From assembly GCF_004353825.1 (NCBI RefSeq), contig NZ_SMNA01000013.1, positions 62,001-126,000 of the forward strand: 64,000 nucleotides of DNA, read 5' to 3'. Of the stretch, positions 31,400 to 41,441 are shown piece after piece (within the stretch, counting starts at the first letter, position 1; the number at the start of each line of letters is the position of its first letter). Position numbers and translations under genes: made by a program. The notes below the pieces were generated by a model. It had not been told where the DNA came from. It saw only the letters and a list, made by a program, of their open reading frames with translations, and searched no databases. The stretch is from Occultella glacieicola. Lineage in GTDB: Bacteria; Actinomycetota; Actinomycetes; Actinomycetales; Beutenbergiaceae.

Positions 31400-32292
31400 T
31401 GCTGCACGCCCCGGCGAGTGCGGCGGCCAAACGGCGCGGGCTGCGCGAGGCTCTCGCGGGCCCGGACCTGCTTCGCTTCCCCGGGGCGTTCAACCCGCTC
31501 TCGGCCCGGCTGATCGAGGAGAAGGGCTTCGAGGGGGTCTACATCTCCGGGGCCGTGCTCTCCGCCGACCTCGGTCTGCCGGACATCGGCCTGACCACCC
31601 TCACCGAGGTGGCGGCCCGGTCCGGACAGATCGCCCGGATGACGAACCTGCCGGCGATCGTGGACGCGGACACCGGGTTCGGAGAACCGATGAACGTGGC
31701 CCGCACCATCCAGGTCCTCGAGGACGCCGGGCTCGCCGGCGCCCACATCGAGGACCAGGTGAACCCCAAGCGGTGCGGGCACCTGGACGGCAAGTCCGTG
31801 GTGGGGCTCGGTGACGCGGTCAAACGGATCCGCGCCGCCGCCGACGCCCGCCGGGACCCGGACTTCCTGATCATGGCGCGCACCGACGTGCGCGCCCTCG
31901 AGGGGCTGCCCGCGGCCGTCGACCGGGCCCGGGCGCTCGTGGACGCCGGAGCGGACGCGATCTTCCCCGAGGCGATGGCGGACCTGCGCGAGTTCGAGGC
32001 CGTCGCCTCCGCGGTGGAGGTCCCGGTGCTGGCGAACATGACCGAGTTCGGCAAGTCCGAGCTGTTCACGACGGCGCTACTCGCCTCCGCCGGGGTCCGG
32101 ATCGTCATCTATCCGGTCACCCTGCTCCGGCTGGCGATGGGGGAGGCCGAGCGGGGCCTGGACGAGATCGTCGCCGCCGGCACCCAGGCGGGGGTGGTGC
32201 CCCGGATGCAGACCCGGGCCCGGCTCTACGAACTGCTCGACTACGCCGCGTACAACGAGTTCGACTCCGAGATCTTCACCTACCGGCCCTGA
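31399..32292 (+). CDS. prpB: Methylisocitrate lyase
   Basis: LGLPDIG, DADTGFG and EDQVNPKRCGH motifs. Confidence 0.95.
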   Translation: MLHAPASAAAKRRGLREALAGPDLLRFPGAFNPLSARLIEEKGFEGVYISGAVLSADLGLPDIGLTTLTEVAARSGQIARMTNLPAIVDADTGFGEPMNVARTIQVLEDAGLAGAHIEDQVNPKRCGHLDGKSVVGLGDAVKRIRAAADARRDPDFLIMARTDVRALEGLPAAVDRARALVDAGADAIFPEAMADLREFEAVASAVEVPVLANMTEFGKSELFTTALLASAGVRIVIYPVTLLRLAMGEAERGLDEIVAAGTQAGVVPRMQTRARLYELLDYAAYNEFDSEIFTYRP

Positions 32293-32333
32293 ACCGGCAC
32301 CCGAAGCGATCCACCGACGATGGAGGACACACC

Positions 32334-33455
32334 ATGACCGAGACGGACATCAAGAAGGGGCTGGCCGGGGTCGTCGTCGACGTCACGGCCATCTCCAAGG
32401 TCAACCCCGAGACCAACTCGCTGCTCTACCGCGGCTACCCGGTGCAGGACCTCGCCGCGCACTGCTCGTTCGAGGAGGTCGCCCACCTGCTCTGGCACGG
32501 CGAGCTGCCCACGCCCGAGGAACTGGCGGCCCAGAACGAGGCCGAGCGCGCCCAGCGCGCCCTGCCCGACGGCGTCGTCGACGTCGTCTCGGCCCTGCCG
32601 ACCACCTGCCACCCGATGGACGTGTGCCGCACCGCCGTGTCGGTGATCGGCGCGCACGACCCGGCCGCCGAGGACCCCTCACCCGAGGCGAGCCTCGCGA
32701 AGTCTCTGCGCCTGTTCGCCCAGCTCCCCGCCGTCGTCGCCTTCGACCAGCGCCGACGCCGCGGCCAGGAACTCGTGCCCCCGCGCGCGGACCTCGGCTA
32801 CGCCGAGAACTTCCTGTACATGACGTACGGCGAGGTCCCCGAGCCGGAGGTGGTGCGGGCGTTCGAGGTGTCGATGGTGCTCTACGCCGAGCACTCCTTC
32901 AACGCCTCCACGTTCACGGCCCGGGTGATCACCTCGACGCTGGCGGACCTGCACTCGGCCGTGGTCGGCGCGATCGGCGCGCTCAAGGGGCCGCTGCACG
33001 GCGGCGCGAACGAGGCCGTGATGGCGACCTTCGAACAGATCGGATCGGCCGAGAACGCCGAGGCCTGGCTGGACGACGCGCTCGCGAACAAGAAGAAGAT
33101 CATGGGCTTCGGGCACCGGGTCTACAAGAACGGCGACTCCCGGGTGCCGACCATGAAGTCGGTCCTGGACGACCTGGTCGCCCACTACGACCGGCCCGAC
33201 CTCGGCGCGCTCTACGCTGCGCTCGAGAAGGCCATGGGGGACCGCAAGAACATCAAGCCGAACCTCGACTACCCGGCCGGGCCCGCCTACCACCTGATGG
33301 GCTTCGACACCCCGACCTTCACCCCGCTGTTCGTCGCCTCCCGGGTCACCGGGTGGACCGCGCACATCATGGAGCAGGCTGCCTCGAACGCTCTGATCCG
33401 GCCGCTCAGCGAGTACGTCGGTCCGGACCAGCGCGAGGTGCCCCGGCGCGGCTGA
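32334..33455 (+). CDS. prpC: 2-methylcitrate synthase / citrate synthase
   Basis: KGLAGV, EHSFNAST, GPLHGGANE, GFGHRVY and NLDY motifs; operon context. Confidence 0.93.
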   Translation: MTETDIKKGLAGVVVDVTAISKVNPETNSLLYRGYPVQDLAAHCSFEEVAHLLWHGELPTPEELAAQNEAERAQRALPDGVVDVVSALPTTCHPMDVCRTAVSVIGAHDPAAEDPSPEASLAKSLRLFAQLPAVVAFDQRRRRGQELVPPRADLGYAENFLYMTYGEVPEPEVVRAFEVSMVLYAEHSFNASTFTARVITSTLADLHSAVVGAIGALKGPLHGGANEAVMATFEQIGSAENAEAWLDDALANKKKIMGFGHRVYKNGDSRVPTMKSVLDDLVAHYDRPDLGALYAALEKAMGDRKNIKPNLDYPAGPAYHLMGFDTPTFTPLFVASRVTGWTAHIMEQAASNALIRPLSEYVGPDQREVPRRG

Positions 33456-33460
33456 CGCAC

Positions 33461-33505
33461 CGCGCTGCGCCACTGACCCGCGGGACGGGTCAGTGGCGCA
33501 GCGCG
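33461..33505. terminator. 20-bp perfect hairpin between convergent prpC and SDR genes
   Basis: CGCGCTGCGCCACTGACCCG-cggga-CGGGTCAGTGGCGCAGCGCG. Confidence 0.75.
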
Positions 33506-33552
33506 CGCGTCGGGCAGGGCCTCCCGCCGACTGCCGCAGCGCCGGGCCGGGC

Positions 33553-34311
33553 TCAGACGGCCGTGTAGCCGCCGTCGACCAGGTGGTAGCTGCCGGTGAT
33601 GAAGCTGGCCCGCTCGGACAGCAGGAAGCAGACCAGCGCCGAGACCTCCTCGGGTCGCCCGAGACGCCCGAGCGGGTGCCGCCCGATCAGCGCGTCCCGG
33701 AACTCCTCGGGCAGCCCGGCCAACAGCGGGGTGTCGATGTAGGCCGGGCCGACGGAGTTGATCCGCAGGCCGGCCGGGCCGTACTCCGCGGCGGCATTCT
33801 TGGTGAGCCCGACGACGGCGTGCTTGGCGGCCGTGTAGGCGCCGTTGCCGATCGCCGCCACGGTGCCGTGGATCGAGGCCATGTTCACGATCGCGCTGCG
33901 CCGGGGATCCTTGAGCAGCTCCGGGATCTGGTACCGCATCCCGTACAGGACGCCGTTGAGGTTGATGTCGATGACCCGGTCCCAGTCGGCCAGGTCGACC
34001 TCGCCGGCCGGCGCCTGCGCACCGCCGATCCCGGCGTTGTTCACGGCCAGGTGCAGTCCGCCGTACGTCGCCACGGCGTGCTCGACGAGCGCACGCGAGG
34101 ACTCCGCGTCGGCCACGTCCTGCGCGAACGGGGACGCGGTGCCACCGGCCGCCACGATCTCCTCCGCGACCCGGGTCGCGCCGTCCAGGTTCAGGTCGCT
34201 GACCACCACCGCCGCCCCGCCGTCGGCGAGCTCCTTCGCGATCGCCTCGCCGAGACCGGAGCCGCCCCCGGTCACGATCGCCACCTTGTCGTCGAATCGG
34301 AAGTCCGCCAT
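33553..34311 (-). CDS. SDR family oxidoreductase
   Basis: TGGGSGLG, NNAG and YTAAK motifs. Confidence 0.92.
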   Translation of the reverse strand: MADFRFDDKVAIVTGGGSGLGEAIAKELADGGAAVVVSDLNLDGATRVAEEIVAAGGTASPFAQDVADAESSRALVEHAVATYGGLHLAVNNAGIGGAQAPAGEVDLADWDRVIDINLNGVLYGMRYQIPELLKDPRRSAIVNMASIHGTVAAIGNGAYTAAKHAVVGLTKNAAAEYGPAGLRINSVGPAYIDTPLLAGLPEEFRDALIGRHPLGRLGRPEEVSALVCFLLSERASFITGSYHLVDGGYTAV

Positions 34312-34448
34312 CGCCGTCTCCTGTCGCTGAGGTTGCTGAGGTTGCTGTGCCTTCAGCGTAGGCGTGGGACCGGCGGCCCGCCTGGGCCCTCGGTCCCACG
34401 ACGCCGGAGCGGAGACCGAGCCCGCTCCGGCGGGATCCGATCACCCCC

Positions 34449-34544
34449 TTGACGCCTTCCGGGACTCCCGCCTATGGTCTGCGCATACGTAGTACCGCCT
34501 CGTGCGGAAATTCTCGTGCCACGATGGGCATACGAATGACCATC
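34449..34544 (+). promoter_or_regulatory. Sigma70-type promoter and two LacI-like operators for the ABC operon
   Basis: TTGACG-18nt-TATGGT (34449-34478); GCGCATACGTAGTACC (34481-34496) and pseudo-palindrome GATGGGCATACGAATGACCATC (34523-34544). Confidence 0.65.
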
Positions 34545-34599
34545 CCGGAGAACCATCGCGGCGCATCGACTGATCGACCTCGACGACGAGAGAGTTCTC

Positions 34600-36258
34600 A
34601 TGCGCATCAAGCACACGATCCTGAGGGTTGCCCTCCCGCTGGCGGTCACCGCCGCCCTGGTGGCGGCTTGTTCGCCGAACACCGTGGCGGACCCGGACGG
34701 CACCTCCGACGACAGCGTCCCGGCCCTGGTCTACGGCAATACCGACGGTGGTACGACGTACACGCTCAACTACAACGTGTACTCGCCGGCCACGGACAAG
34801 TCCCCCAACAGCTCGCTCGTCTACGAGCCGCTCGTCCGCATCGACTACAGCGACGGCGGGAACCTCGCCCCGTGGCTGGCCGAGTCCTGGACGTTCTCCC
34901 CGGACGGCACCTCCGTGACGTTCGTGCTGCGGGACGACGTCACGTTCTCCGACGGCGAGCCCATGACGGCGGACGACGTCGCGTTCTCGCTGTCGATCCC
35001 CCTCGAGCACGCCGAGCTGAACGCCACCGGCGCCACCTACGAGTCCGTGGAGGCGGTCTCCGAACACGAGGTCCAGGTGACCTACGCGGCACCGTCCTAC
35101 AGCTCGCTGAACCAGTTCGCCAGCCTGCAGATCGTGCCCGAGCACATCTGGAGCGAGCAGGAGCTGACCACCTGGACCAATCCCGAACCGGTGGGCACCG
35201 GTGGCTTCACGGTGGCGGACTTCTCGCCGCAGCAGGTGACCTTCGAGGCCCGTGACGACTACTGGGGCGGCACCTTCGAGGTGCAGACGTTCAAGGTGGT
35301 TCCGGTCACCCAGGACACCGTGAAGGCACAGCTGCTCAGCGGTGACGTCCACTGGGGCACGGTCTCCTGGGCGAACGGTGAGGAGGAGTTCGTAGCCCTC
35401 GACCCCGAGGCGAACCACTACCAGCTCTATGCCACGGGTGGCGCGTTCTCGGCGATCTTCAACACCGGCCGCGCCCCGTTCGACGACGTCCACCTGCGCC
35501 GGGCCCTCGCGATGACCATTCCGCGGTCGGACATCGTGGCGACGCTGAACCGGCCGGGCACCGAGGCCGGCCCCACCGGACTGGTCGACGGCGTCTACGC
35601 CGACTGGCTGCGGCCCGAGTACCAGGGCCTGGTGCAGGAGGTCGACGCCGAGGGAGCGTTGGCCGAGCTGGCCCAGTCCGGCTTCACGGTCGAAGGCGGC
35701 GCCCTCGTGCGGGACGGGCAGGTCTACAACCCGACGATCTCCTTCAACACGGACTTCGGGTGGGAGGCCTACGCGGACATCATGATCAACAGCTGGCGCG
35801 AGCACCTCGGCCTCGAGGTCGCACCGGCCGGGGCGCCGGGCGCCGCGTTGTTCGAACAGCAGCAGCTCGGCCAGTTCGACATCACGATCAACGCCACCGG
35901 AGGGGCGGGCGTGTACGGGGTCTACAGCGGCCTGAGCTCGCAGTACCTGGCTCCCGAGGGCGAGCAGGCGGCCATCAACTACGGCCGCTGGAACGACCCC
36001 GCCACCGACGAGGTGATCGCCCAGATGGCGTCCACCGCGGACCCCGAGGAACTGCGCGAACTCGGACAGGAGATGCAACAGATCGTCGTGGAGGGTGTCC
36101 CGTACAGCCCGATCTACACCAGCTACTGGTTCATCGACATCAACGCGAGCGAATGGACCGGTTGGCCGACCCCCGAGGACTTCAGCTACGTACCGTCGCC
36201 GCAGCAGAGCACGGACAACACGCTGACCCTGCTCGGCCTCGAGCGGGCGGAGTCGTGA
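34600..36258 (+). CDS. ABC transporter substrate-binding lipoprotein (family 5, Opp/Dpp-like)
   Basis: Lipobox LVAAC; YEPL, FSDGEPMTADDVAFS and PVGTG motifs. Confidence 0.9.
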   Translation: MRIKHTILRVALPLAVTAALVAACSPNTVADPDGTSDDSVPALVYGNTDGGTTYTLNYNVYSPATDKSPNSSLVYEPLVRIDYSDGGNLAPWLAESWTFSPDGTSVTFVLRDDVTFSDGEPMTADDVAFSLSIPLEHAELNATGATYESVEAVSEHEVQVTYAAPSYSSLNQFASLQIVPEHIWSEQELTTWTNPEPVGTGGFTVADFSPQQVTFEARDDYWGGTFEVQTFKVVPVTQDTVKAQLLSGDVHWGTVSWANGEEEFVALDPEANHYQLYATGGAFSAIFNTGRAPFDDVHLRRALAMTIPRSDIVATLNRPGTEAGPTGLVDGVYADWLRPEYQGLVQEVDAEGALAELAQSGFTVEGGALVRDGQVYNPTISFNTDFGWEAYADIMINSWREHLGLEVAPAGAPGAALFEQQQLGQFDITINATGGAGVYGVYSGLSSQYLAPEGEQAAINYGRWNDPATDEVIAQMASTADPEELRELGQEMQQIVVEGVPYSPIYTSYWFIDINASEWTGWPTPEDFSYVPSPQQSTDNTLTLLGLERAES

Positions 36259-36286
36259 CGGCGGGCCCTCGGCCCGGGGAAGCGCC

Positions 36287-37336
36287 ATGACCGTCGTCAC
36301 CGACGTGTCGGCGCCGGCGGCACCGACCACGCGGCTCCGGGTGCCGAGCCGGTGGGCCTTCCTGGCCCGCCGGCTGGGGTTCTACCTGACCGCCGCGTGG
36401 GCGGCGATCACGCTGAACTTCCTGCTCCCGCGGCTGATGCCCGGTGACCCGTCGGTCGCGATCGTGGACCAGCTGCAGCGGGTCAGCGGGCGTCAGCTGC
36501 CGCCCGAGACCCTGGTCTCGATCCAGACGCTCTTCGGCGATCCGGACGCGAACCTGGCCGAGCAGTACCTCGCCTACCTCGGCCAGCTCGCCAGGTTCGA
36601 CCTGGGCATCTCGATCTCCCGCTTCCCGACCCCGGTCGCGGACCTGGTCGCCTCCGGGCTGCCGTGGACGCTGATGCTGGTGGGCACCACCACCGTGCTG
36701 GCCTTCGTGATCGGGACCGGCCTGGGGGTGCTGACCGGCTGGAAGGCGGGCGGCCGCTTCGACGCGATCGTCACCCCCGCCTCGACCTTCATCTCGTCCG
36801 TCCCGTACTTCTGGGTGGCGCTGATCGCGCTGTGGGTGTTCGCGTTCGAACTGCGCTGGCTCCCGTCCTCCGGTGGCTACGACCCGGATCTCGAGGGCCC
36901 CGCGTTCTGGCTGAGCGCGCTGCGCTACGGCATCCTCCCGGCGGCCACGATCGTGTTCTCCGCGTTCGGCGGCTGGCTGCTGGGGATGCGCAACATGACC
37001 GTCACCACCGTCCGGGAGGAGTACGTGCTGCTCGCCCAGGCGAAGGGGCTGTCCCCGTCCCGGGTGGTCCTGCGCTACGCGGCCCGCAACGCCATGCTGC
37101 CCAGCTTCACGGGATTCGCACTGGCACTGGGCGGGGTGATCGGGGGCGCCCTGCTCACCGAGATCGTGTTCAGCTACCCGGGCATCGGCTACCTGCTCTA
37201 CGACTCGCTGACCAAGCGCGACTACCCCGTGATGCAGGGCGTGTTCCTGCTGATCGCGCTGACCGTCCTGTTGGCGAACCTGATCGCCGACTCCGTCTAC
37301 GTGTTCGTGGACCCCCGGGTCCGCGAGCAGGGGTGA
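36287..37336 (+). CDS. ABC transporter permease (OppB-like)
   Basis: PRLMPGDP, EEYVLLAQAKGL, RDYPVMQG and DPRVR motifs. Confidence 0.9.
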   Translation: MTVVTDVSAPAAPTTRLRVPSRWAFLARRLGFYLTAAWAAITLNFLLPRLMPGDPSVAIVDQLQRVSGRQLPPETLVSIQTLFGDPDANLAEQYLAYLGQLARFDLGISISRFPTPVADLVASGLPWTLMLVGTTTVLAFVIGTGLGVLTGWKAGGRFDAIVTPASTFISSVPYFWVALIALWVFAFELRWLPSSGGYDPDLEGPAFWLSALRYGILPAATIVFSAFGGWLLGMRNMTVTTVREEYVLLAQAKGLSPSRVVLRYAARNAMLPSFTGFALALGGVIGGALLTEIVFSYPGIGYLLYDSLTKRDYPVMQGVFLLIALTVLLANLIADSVYVFVDPRVREQG

Positions 37337-37343
37337 GGCCGAC

Positions 37344-38255
37344 ATGAACTCGTCCTTCGGGTCCAACCCCAAGGTCCGCTTCGGACTCGTGGTGGTGACC
37401 TTCTTCGCCGCCCTGGCGATCCTCGGCCCGTGGCTGACGGGCACCGTGATGGGCATCGACCCGCGCGCGAACGACATCTCGGCGATCGCCTCCCCGCCGA
37501 GCTCGGAGCACTGGCTCGGCACCACCCAGTTCGGGCAGGACGTCCTCGCCCAGCTGATCGCGGGTGCCCGAGGCTCGATGTTCGTGGGCGTGCTCGCGGC
37601 CCTCATCGGCACCGTTCTGGCGATCGTGTTCGGTGTCACGGCCGGCTACTTCGGCGGCCGCACCGACCACGTCCTGAACTTCGTCACGAACATCTTCATG
37701 GTGATGCCGGTCCTCCCGCTGATCTTCATCGTCTCCGGCTACCTGCGCGGCACGGGTCTGTGGATGATCGCGATCATCATCGGGGTGTTCGGCTGGGCCG
37801 GCGGGGCCCGCACCCTGCGGGCGCAGACGATGAGCGTGCGCAACCGCGACTTCGTGCTCGCCATGCGCATGCTCGGGGAGTCGAACCCGCGCCTGATCGG
37901 CTCCGAGGTGCTCCCGCACTTGGGTGGCTGGGTCGCCTCGATGTTCCTGTCCGCGATGATCGGGGCGATCCTGGCCGAGGCCGGTCTGGCGTTCCTCGGG
38001 ATCTCCGACTCCGGGGCGATCAGCTGGGGGTCGATGATCCAGGCAGCCCAGTCCCAGAGCGCGGTGCTGCGCGGACTCTGGTGGTGGTTCGTGCCGCCCG
38101 GCCTGTGCATCGCCCTGATCGGCACGGCCGCGGCCATGCTGAACTTCGGCGTGGACGAGCTGTCCAACCCGAAGCTGCGCTCGGCGACCCGCAAGGTCGT
38201 GCGTCGCACCCGTCGGGTGGAGCGAGCCGTGGCGGCCGAGACGAGGACGGCATGA
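37344..38255 (+). CDS. ABC transporter permease (OppC-like)
   Basis: HWLGTTQFGQD, EAGLAFLG and SWG motifs. Confidence 0.9.
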   Translation: MNSSFGSNPKVRFGLVVVTFFAALAILGPWLTGTVMGIDPRANDISAIASPPSSEHWLGTTQFGQDVLAQLIAGARGSMFVGVLAALIGTVLAIVFGVTAGYFGGRTDHVLNFVTNIFMVMPVLPLIFIVSGYLRGTGLWMIAIIIGVFGWAGGARTLRAQTMSVRNRDFVLAMRMLGESNPRLIGSEVLPHLGGWVASMFLSAMIGAILAEAGLAFLGISDSGAISWGSMIQAAQSQSAVLRGLWWWFVPPGLCIALIGTAAAMLNFGVDELSNPKLRSATRKVVRRTRRVERAVAAETRTA

Positions 38256-39292
38256 GCGCCCCCGCCCGCACCGAGACCCGGACCCTCACCCGGAGCAGCC
38301 CCCACGAGGCGGTGCTCGAGGTGCGTGACCTCACCGTCGACTACATCGGGCCCGACGGCGCCGTGACGGCGTGCAAGGACGTCACCCTCTCGCTTCGGCG
38401 TGGTGAGATCCTCGGCATCGCCGGTGAGTCCGGCTCCGGCAAGTCCACGCTGATCACGGCCCTGACCCGGTTGCAACGGCCGCCCGCCGCGACCACCTCC
38501 GGCAGCATCACGTTCCATCCGCGGGACGGCCGGGCCGGGATCGACCTGGTCGGTCTCTCCCCGCGGGAGCTCCGCCGGCTGCGGTGGTCCACGATGTCGA
38601 TCGTGCTGCAGAGCGCGATGGACGCCCTGAACCCGGTGATGCGCCTCGGCGACCAGTTCGCCGACGTGCTGCGCACCCACTACCGGGATCTGGACCGCAG
38701 CGGCGCCAGGGACCGGACCACCGAGCTGCTCGCGATGGTGGGCATATCCGCGGACCGGGCCCGGAGCTTCCCGCACGAGATGTCCGGCGGGATGCGCCAA
38801 CGCGCCACCATCGCCCTCGCCCTCGCGTGCGAGCCGGAACTGGTGGTGATGGACGAGCCGACCACCGCCGTCGACGTGGTCATGCAACGGCAGATCCTCG
38901 CCCAAGTGCTGCGGCTACGACGCGAACTGGGCTTCGCCGTCGTGATCGTCACGCACGACCTGTCCCTGCTCCTGGAGGTGGCCGACCGGATCGCGATCAT
39001 GTACGCCGGACGCATCGTGGAGGTGGGCACGGCCAGCGCCCTGTACCGGGACCCGGCCCACCCGTACACCCGCGGGCTGCGGGACTCCTTCCCACCACTG
39101 CACGCGCCGTTGCGGGAACTCCGGGGGATCCCGGGGACGCCACCGGACCTGCGCCGCCCGCCGAGCGGGTGCCCGTTCCATCCCCGGTGCCCGGTGCGCG
39201 TCGAAGCCTGCCAGAGCACCCTGCCCGCGCTCGTACCCTTGCCCGAACAGGAGGCCGCGTGCCTGCTGCTGACCTCGGAGGAGAACCCATGA
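38252..39292 (+). CDS. ABC transporter ATP-binding protein (OppD-like)
   Basis: GESGSGKS, MSGGMRQR, DEPT and GCPFHPRC motifs; ATG overlaps the upstream stop. Confidence 0.92.
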   Translation: MSAPARTETRTLTRSSPHEAVLEVRDLTVDYIGPDGAVTACKDVTLSLRRGEILGIAGESGSGKSTLITALTRLQRPPAATTSGSITFHPRDGRAGIDLVGLSPRELRRLRWSTMSIVLQSAMDALNPVMRLGDQFADVLRTHYRDLDRSGARDRTTELLAMVGISADRARSFPHEMSGGMRQRATIALALACEPELVVMDEPTTAVDVVMQRQILAQVLRLRRELGFAVVIVTHDLSLLLEVADRIAIMYAGRIVEVGTASALYRDPAHPYTRGLRDSFPPLHAPLRELRGIPGTPPDLRRPPSGCPFHPRCPVRVEACQSTLPALVPLPEQEAACLLLTSEENP

Positions 39293-40389
39293 CACGCCAC
39301 GACGGCGCACCGGCGGACACGGCCGACCACGAGGTTGCGGTCCTGTCCGCGGTGGACGTGAGCAAGCACTTCGTGGTGCGCAACGCCGTCGGGAACTCCT
39401 CGGTGGTGCGTGCCGTGGAGCACGCCTCGGTGGACCTGCACGCCGGACGGATCGTCGCCGTCGTCGGGGAGAGCGGCAGCGGTAAGACCACGCTGGCCCG
39501 GCTGCTGGCCCGGTTCTACGAGCCGACGCAGGGACAGATCCGCCTCGACGGCGCCCCGGTCGCCAAGGGGTCGGCCGCCCGCGGCTACCACCAGCAGGTC
39601 CAGCTGATCTTCCAGGACCCGTTCGGGTCGCTGAACCCGGTGCACCGGGTCCGGCACAACCTCGACCGGGCCCTGCGCATCCACGACCGCCGTCTCGGCC
39701 GGGCGGAGCGACGCAGGCGTGCCGTCGAGCTGCTGGAGCGGGTCAGCCTCACCCCTGGCGAGGACTTCCTGGACAAGTTCCCGCACGAGCTCTCCGGAGG
39801 CCAGCGGCAGAGGGTGGTGATCGCGCGGGCGCTGGCGGTGGCGCCGAAGGTCCTGCTGGGCGACGAGCCGATCTCGATGCTGGACGTCTCGATCCGGCTC
39901 GAGATGCTCAACCTGCTCGGTCGGCTCAGCCGCGAGGAGGGGCTGGCCATGCTCTACATCACGCATGACATCGCCAGCGCCCGTTACGTCTGCGACGACG
40001 TGGTGGTGATGTACGCCGGGCAGATGACCGAGGGGGGCCCCAAGGACCGGGTCATCGGCGCCCCGGCGCACCCGTACACGAAGCTGCTCGTGGAGTCCTC
40101 ACCGGATCCGGACCGGGTGGGCACCACCTCAAGGGACGACCAGTTCGCCGACGCCGAGGCGCTCGGCGAGCCGCCGAGCCTGATCGAGCCACCGACCGGC
40201 TGCCGGTTCCACCCGCGGTGCCCGTTCGCGATGAGCCGGTGCGCCGAGGAGGAGCCGCCCCGCACCGACCTCGGGGACGGGCACTGGTCCCGGTGCTGGC
40301 TGCACCAGGTGGGCCGCGCGGACGAGATCGGTGCGGACACCTACTCGGCGGCGCTGGCCCGGCGCGACCCGGCCGAGGTGGCGTCGTGA
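39289..40389 (+). CDS. ABC transporter ATP-binding protein (OppF-like)
   Basis: [19 protein letters not shown] and GCRFHPRC motifs. Confidence 0.92.
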   Translation: MTRHDGAPADTADHEVAVLSAVDVSKHFVVRNAVGNSSVVRAVEHASVDLHAGRIVAVVGESGSGKTTLARLLARFYEPTQGQIRLDGAPVAKGSAARGYHQQVQLIFQDPFGSLNPVHRVRHNLDRALRIHDRRLGRAERRRRAVELLERVSLTPGEDFLDKFPHELSGGQRQRVVIARALAVAPKVLLGDEPISMLDVSIRLEMLNLLGRLSREEGLAMLYITHDIASARYVCDDVVVMYAGQMTEGGPKDRVIGAPAHPYTKLLVESSPDPDRVGTTSRDDQFADAEALGEPPSLIEPPTGCRFHPRCPFAMSRCAEEEPPRTDLGDGHWSRCWLHQVGRADEIGADTYSAALARRDPAEVAS

Positions 40390-41441
40390 CAGCCGTGCGC
40401 CGGGACCGGCCGGTGCGGCAGTCCGACGTGGCGCGCCTGGCCGGGGTCTCCCAGTCGGCCGTGTCGCGCGTGGTGAGCGGGGACCTCGCCCGCATCCCCG
40501 CGGCCACGGCGGAACGCATCCGGGAGGCCGTCCGGGAACTCGGCTACGTGCCGAACCCGGCGGCTCGCAGCCTACGGGGGCGGCGGAACTCGCTCCTGGG
40601 GGTGCACGCGTTCGAACCACTGTTCCAGTGGGCCCGGGACGGGTTCTACCTGGACTTCCTGCTCGGCATCGAGGAACGCGCCGAGGAGACCGGCAACGAC
40701 CTGGTCCTGTTCACCTCCGCCACCGGCCGGCACGGGTCGGGCACCGTGTACACCTCGGAGATGAACCGTCTCGGCATGGCGGACGGCAGCATCCTGCTGG
40801 GTGTCGCCTCGGACCCGCACGAGCTCGCCCGCCTCGCCGGCGACGGCTACCCGTTCGTGCACGTCGGTCGCCGGGACGTCCCCGGCGTCGAGATCTCGTG
40901 TGTGATCCCGGACTACCGCACCGCGTCCGTGGAGGTGGTCACCCGGCTGGCCGAGCTCGGCCACCGCACCCTCACCTACCTGCGGGACCCGAACGAGAAC
41001 GAGCCCTACCAGGATCGGCGCGCCGGGTACCAGGCGGCGCTCGCCGAGCTCGGGCTGGAGGACGACTCGCCCGGTGCCGCCGGCCGGTCGGGCTTCGACG
41101 ACTCCTCGGTCGAGGACCTGCTGCGACGTGGGTCCACCGCGGTGGTGGCCGAGAGCGTGTGGCTGGCCGAGCAGATGATGGCCGCGCTGACCGCCCGGGG
41201 CCTGACCGTGCCCACCGACGTCTCCGTCGCGGTCCTCGAGACCCGTTCTCCGGACTCGGCGGTCGAGTGGGACTGCCTCGTGATCCCCCGGCTCGAGGTC
41301 GGCCGCCGGGCCGTGGACCAGCTGATCGAACTCGTCGAGGATCCCCGGACCCCTCCGACCCAGACCTGGGTGCCGTGCTCCATGGCGCCGGGCACCACCA
41401 TCACCATCGCGAAGACGAGCCAACGGAAGGTCGAGCCATGA
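40386..41441 (+). CDS. LacI family transcriptional regulator
   Basis: DVARLAGVSQSAVSRV HTH, LGYVPNPAARSL hinge; GTG overlaps the upstream stop. Confidence 0.92.
   Translation: MTAVRRDRPVRQSDVARLAGVSQSAVSRVVSGDLARIPAATAERIREAVRELGYVPNPAARSLRGRRNSLLGVHAFEPLFQWARDGFYLDFLLGIEERAEETGNDLVLFTSATGRHGSGTVYTSEMNRLGMADGSILLGVASDPHELARLAGDGYPFVHVGRRDVPGVEISCVIPDYRTASVEVVTRLAELGHRTLTYLRDPNENEPYQDRRAGYQAALAELGLEDDSPGAAGRSGFDDSSVEDLLRRGSTAVVAESVWLAEQMMAALTARGLTVPTDVSVAVLETRSPDSAVEWDCLVIPRLEVGRRAVDQLIELVEDPRTPPTQTWVPCSMAPGTTITIAKTSQRKVEP

Noticed and set aside
34326..34347. GCTGAGGTT x2.4 upstream of the SDR gene
   Set aside because: Too short; no evidence of function
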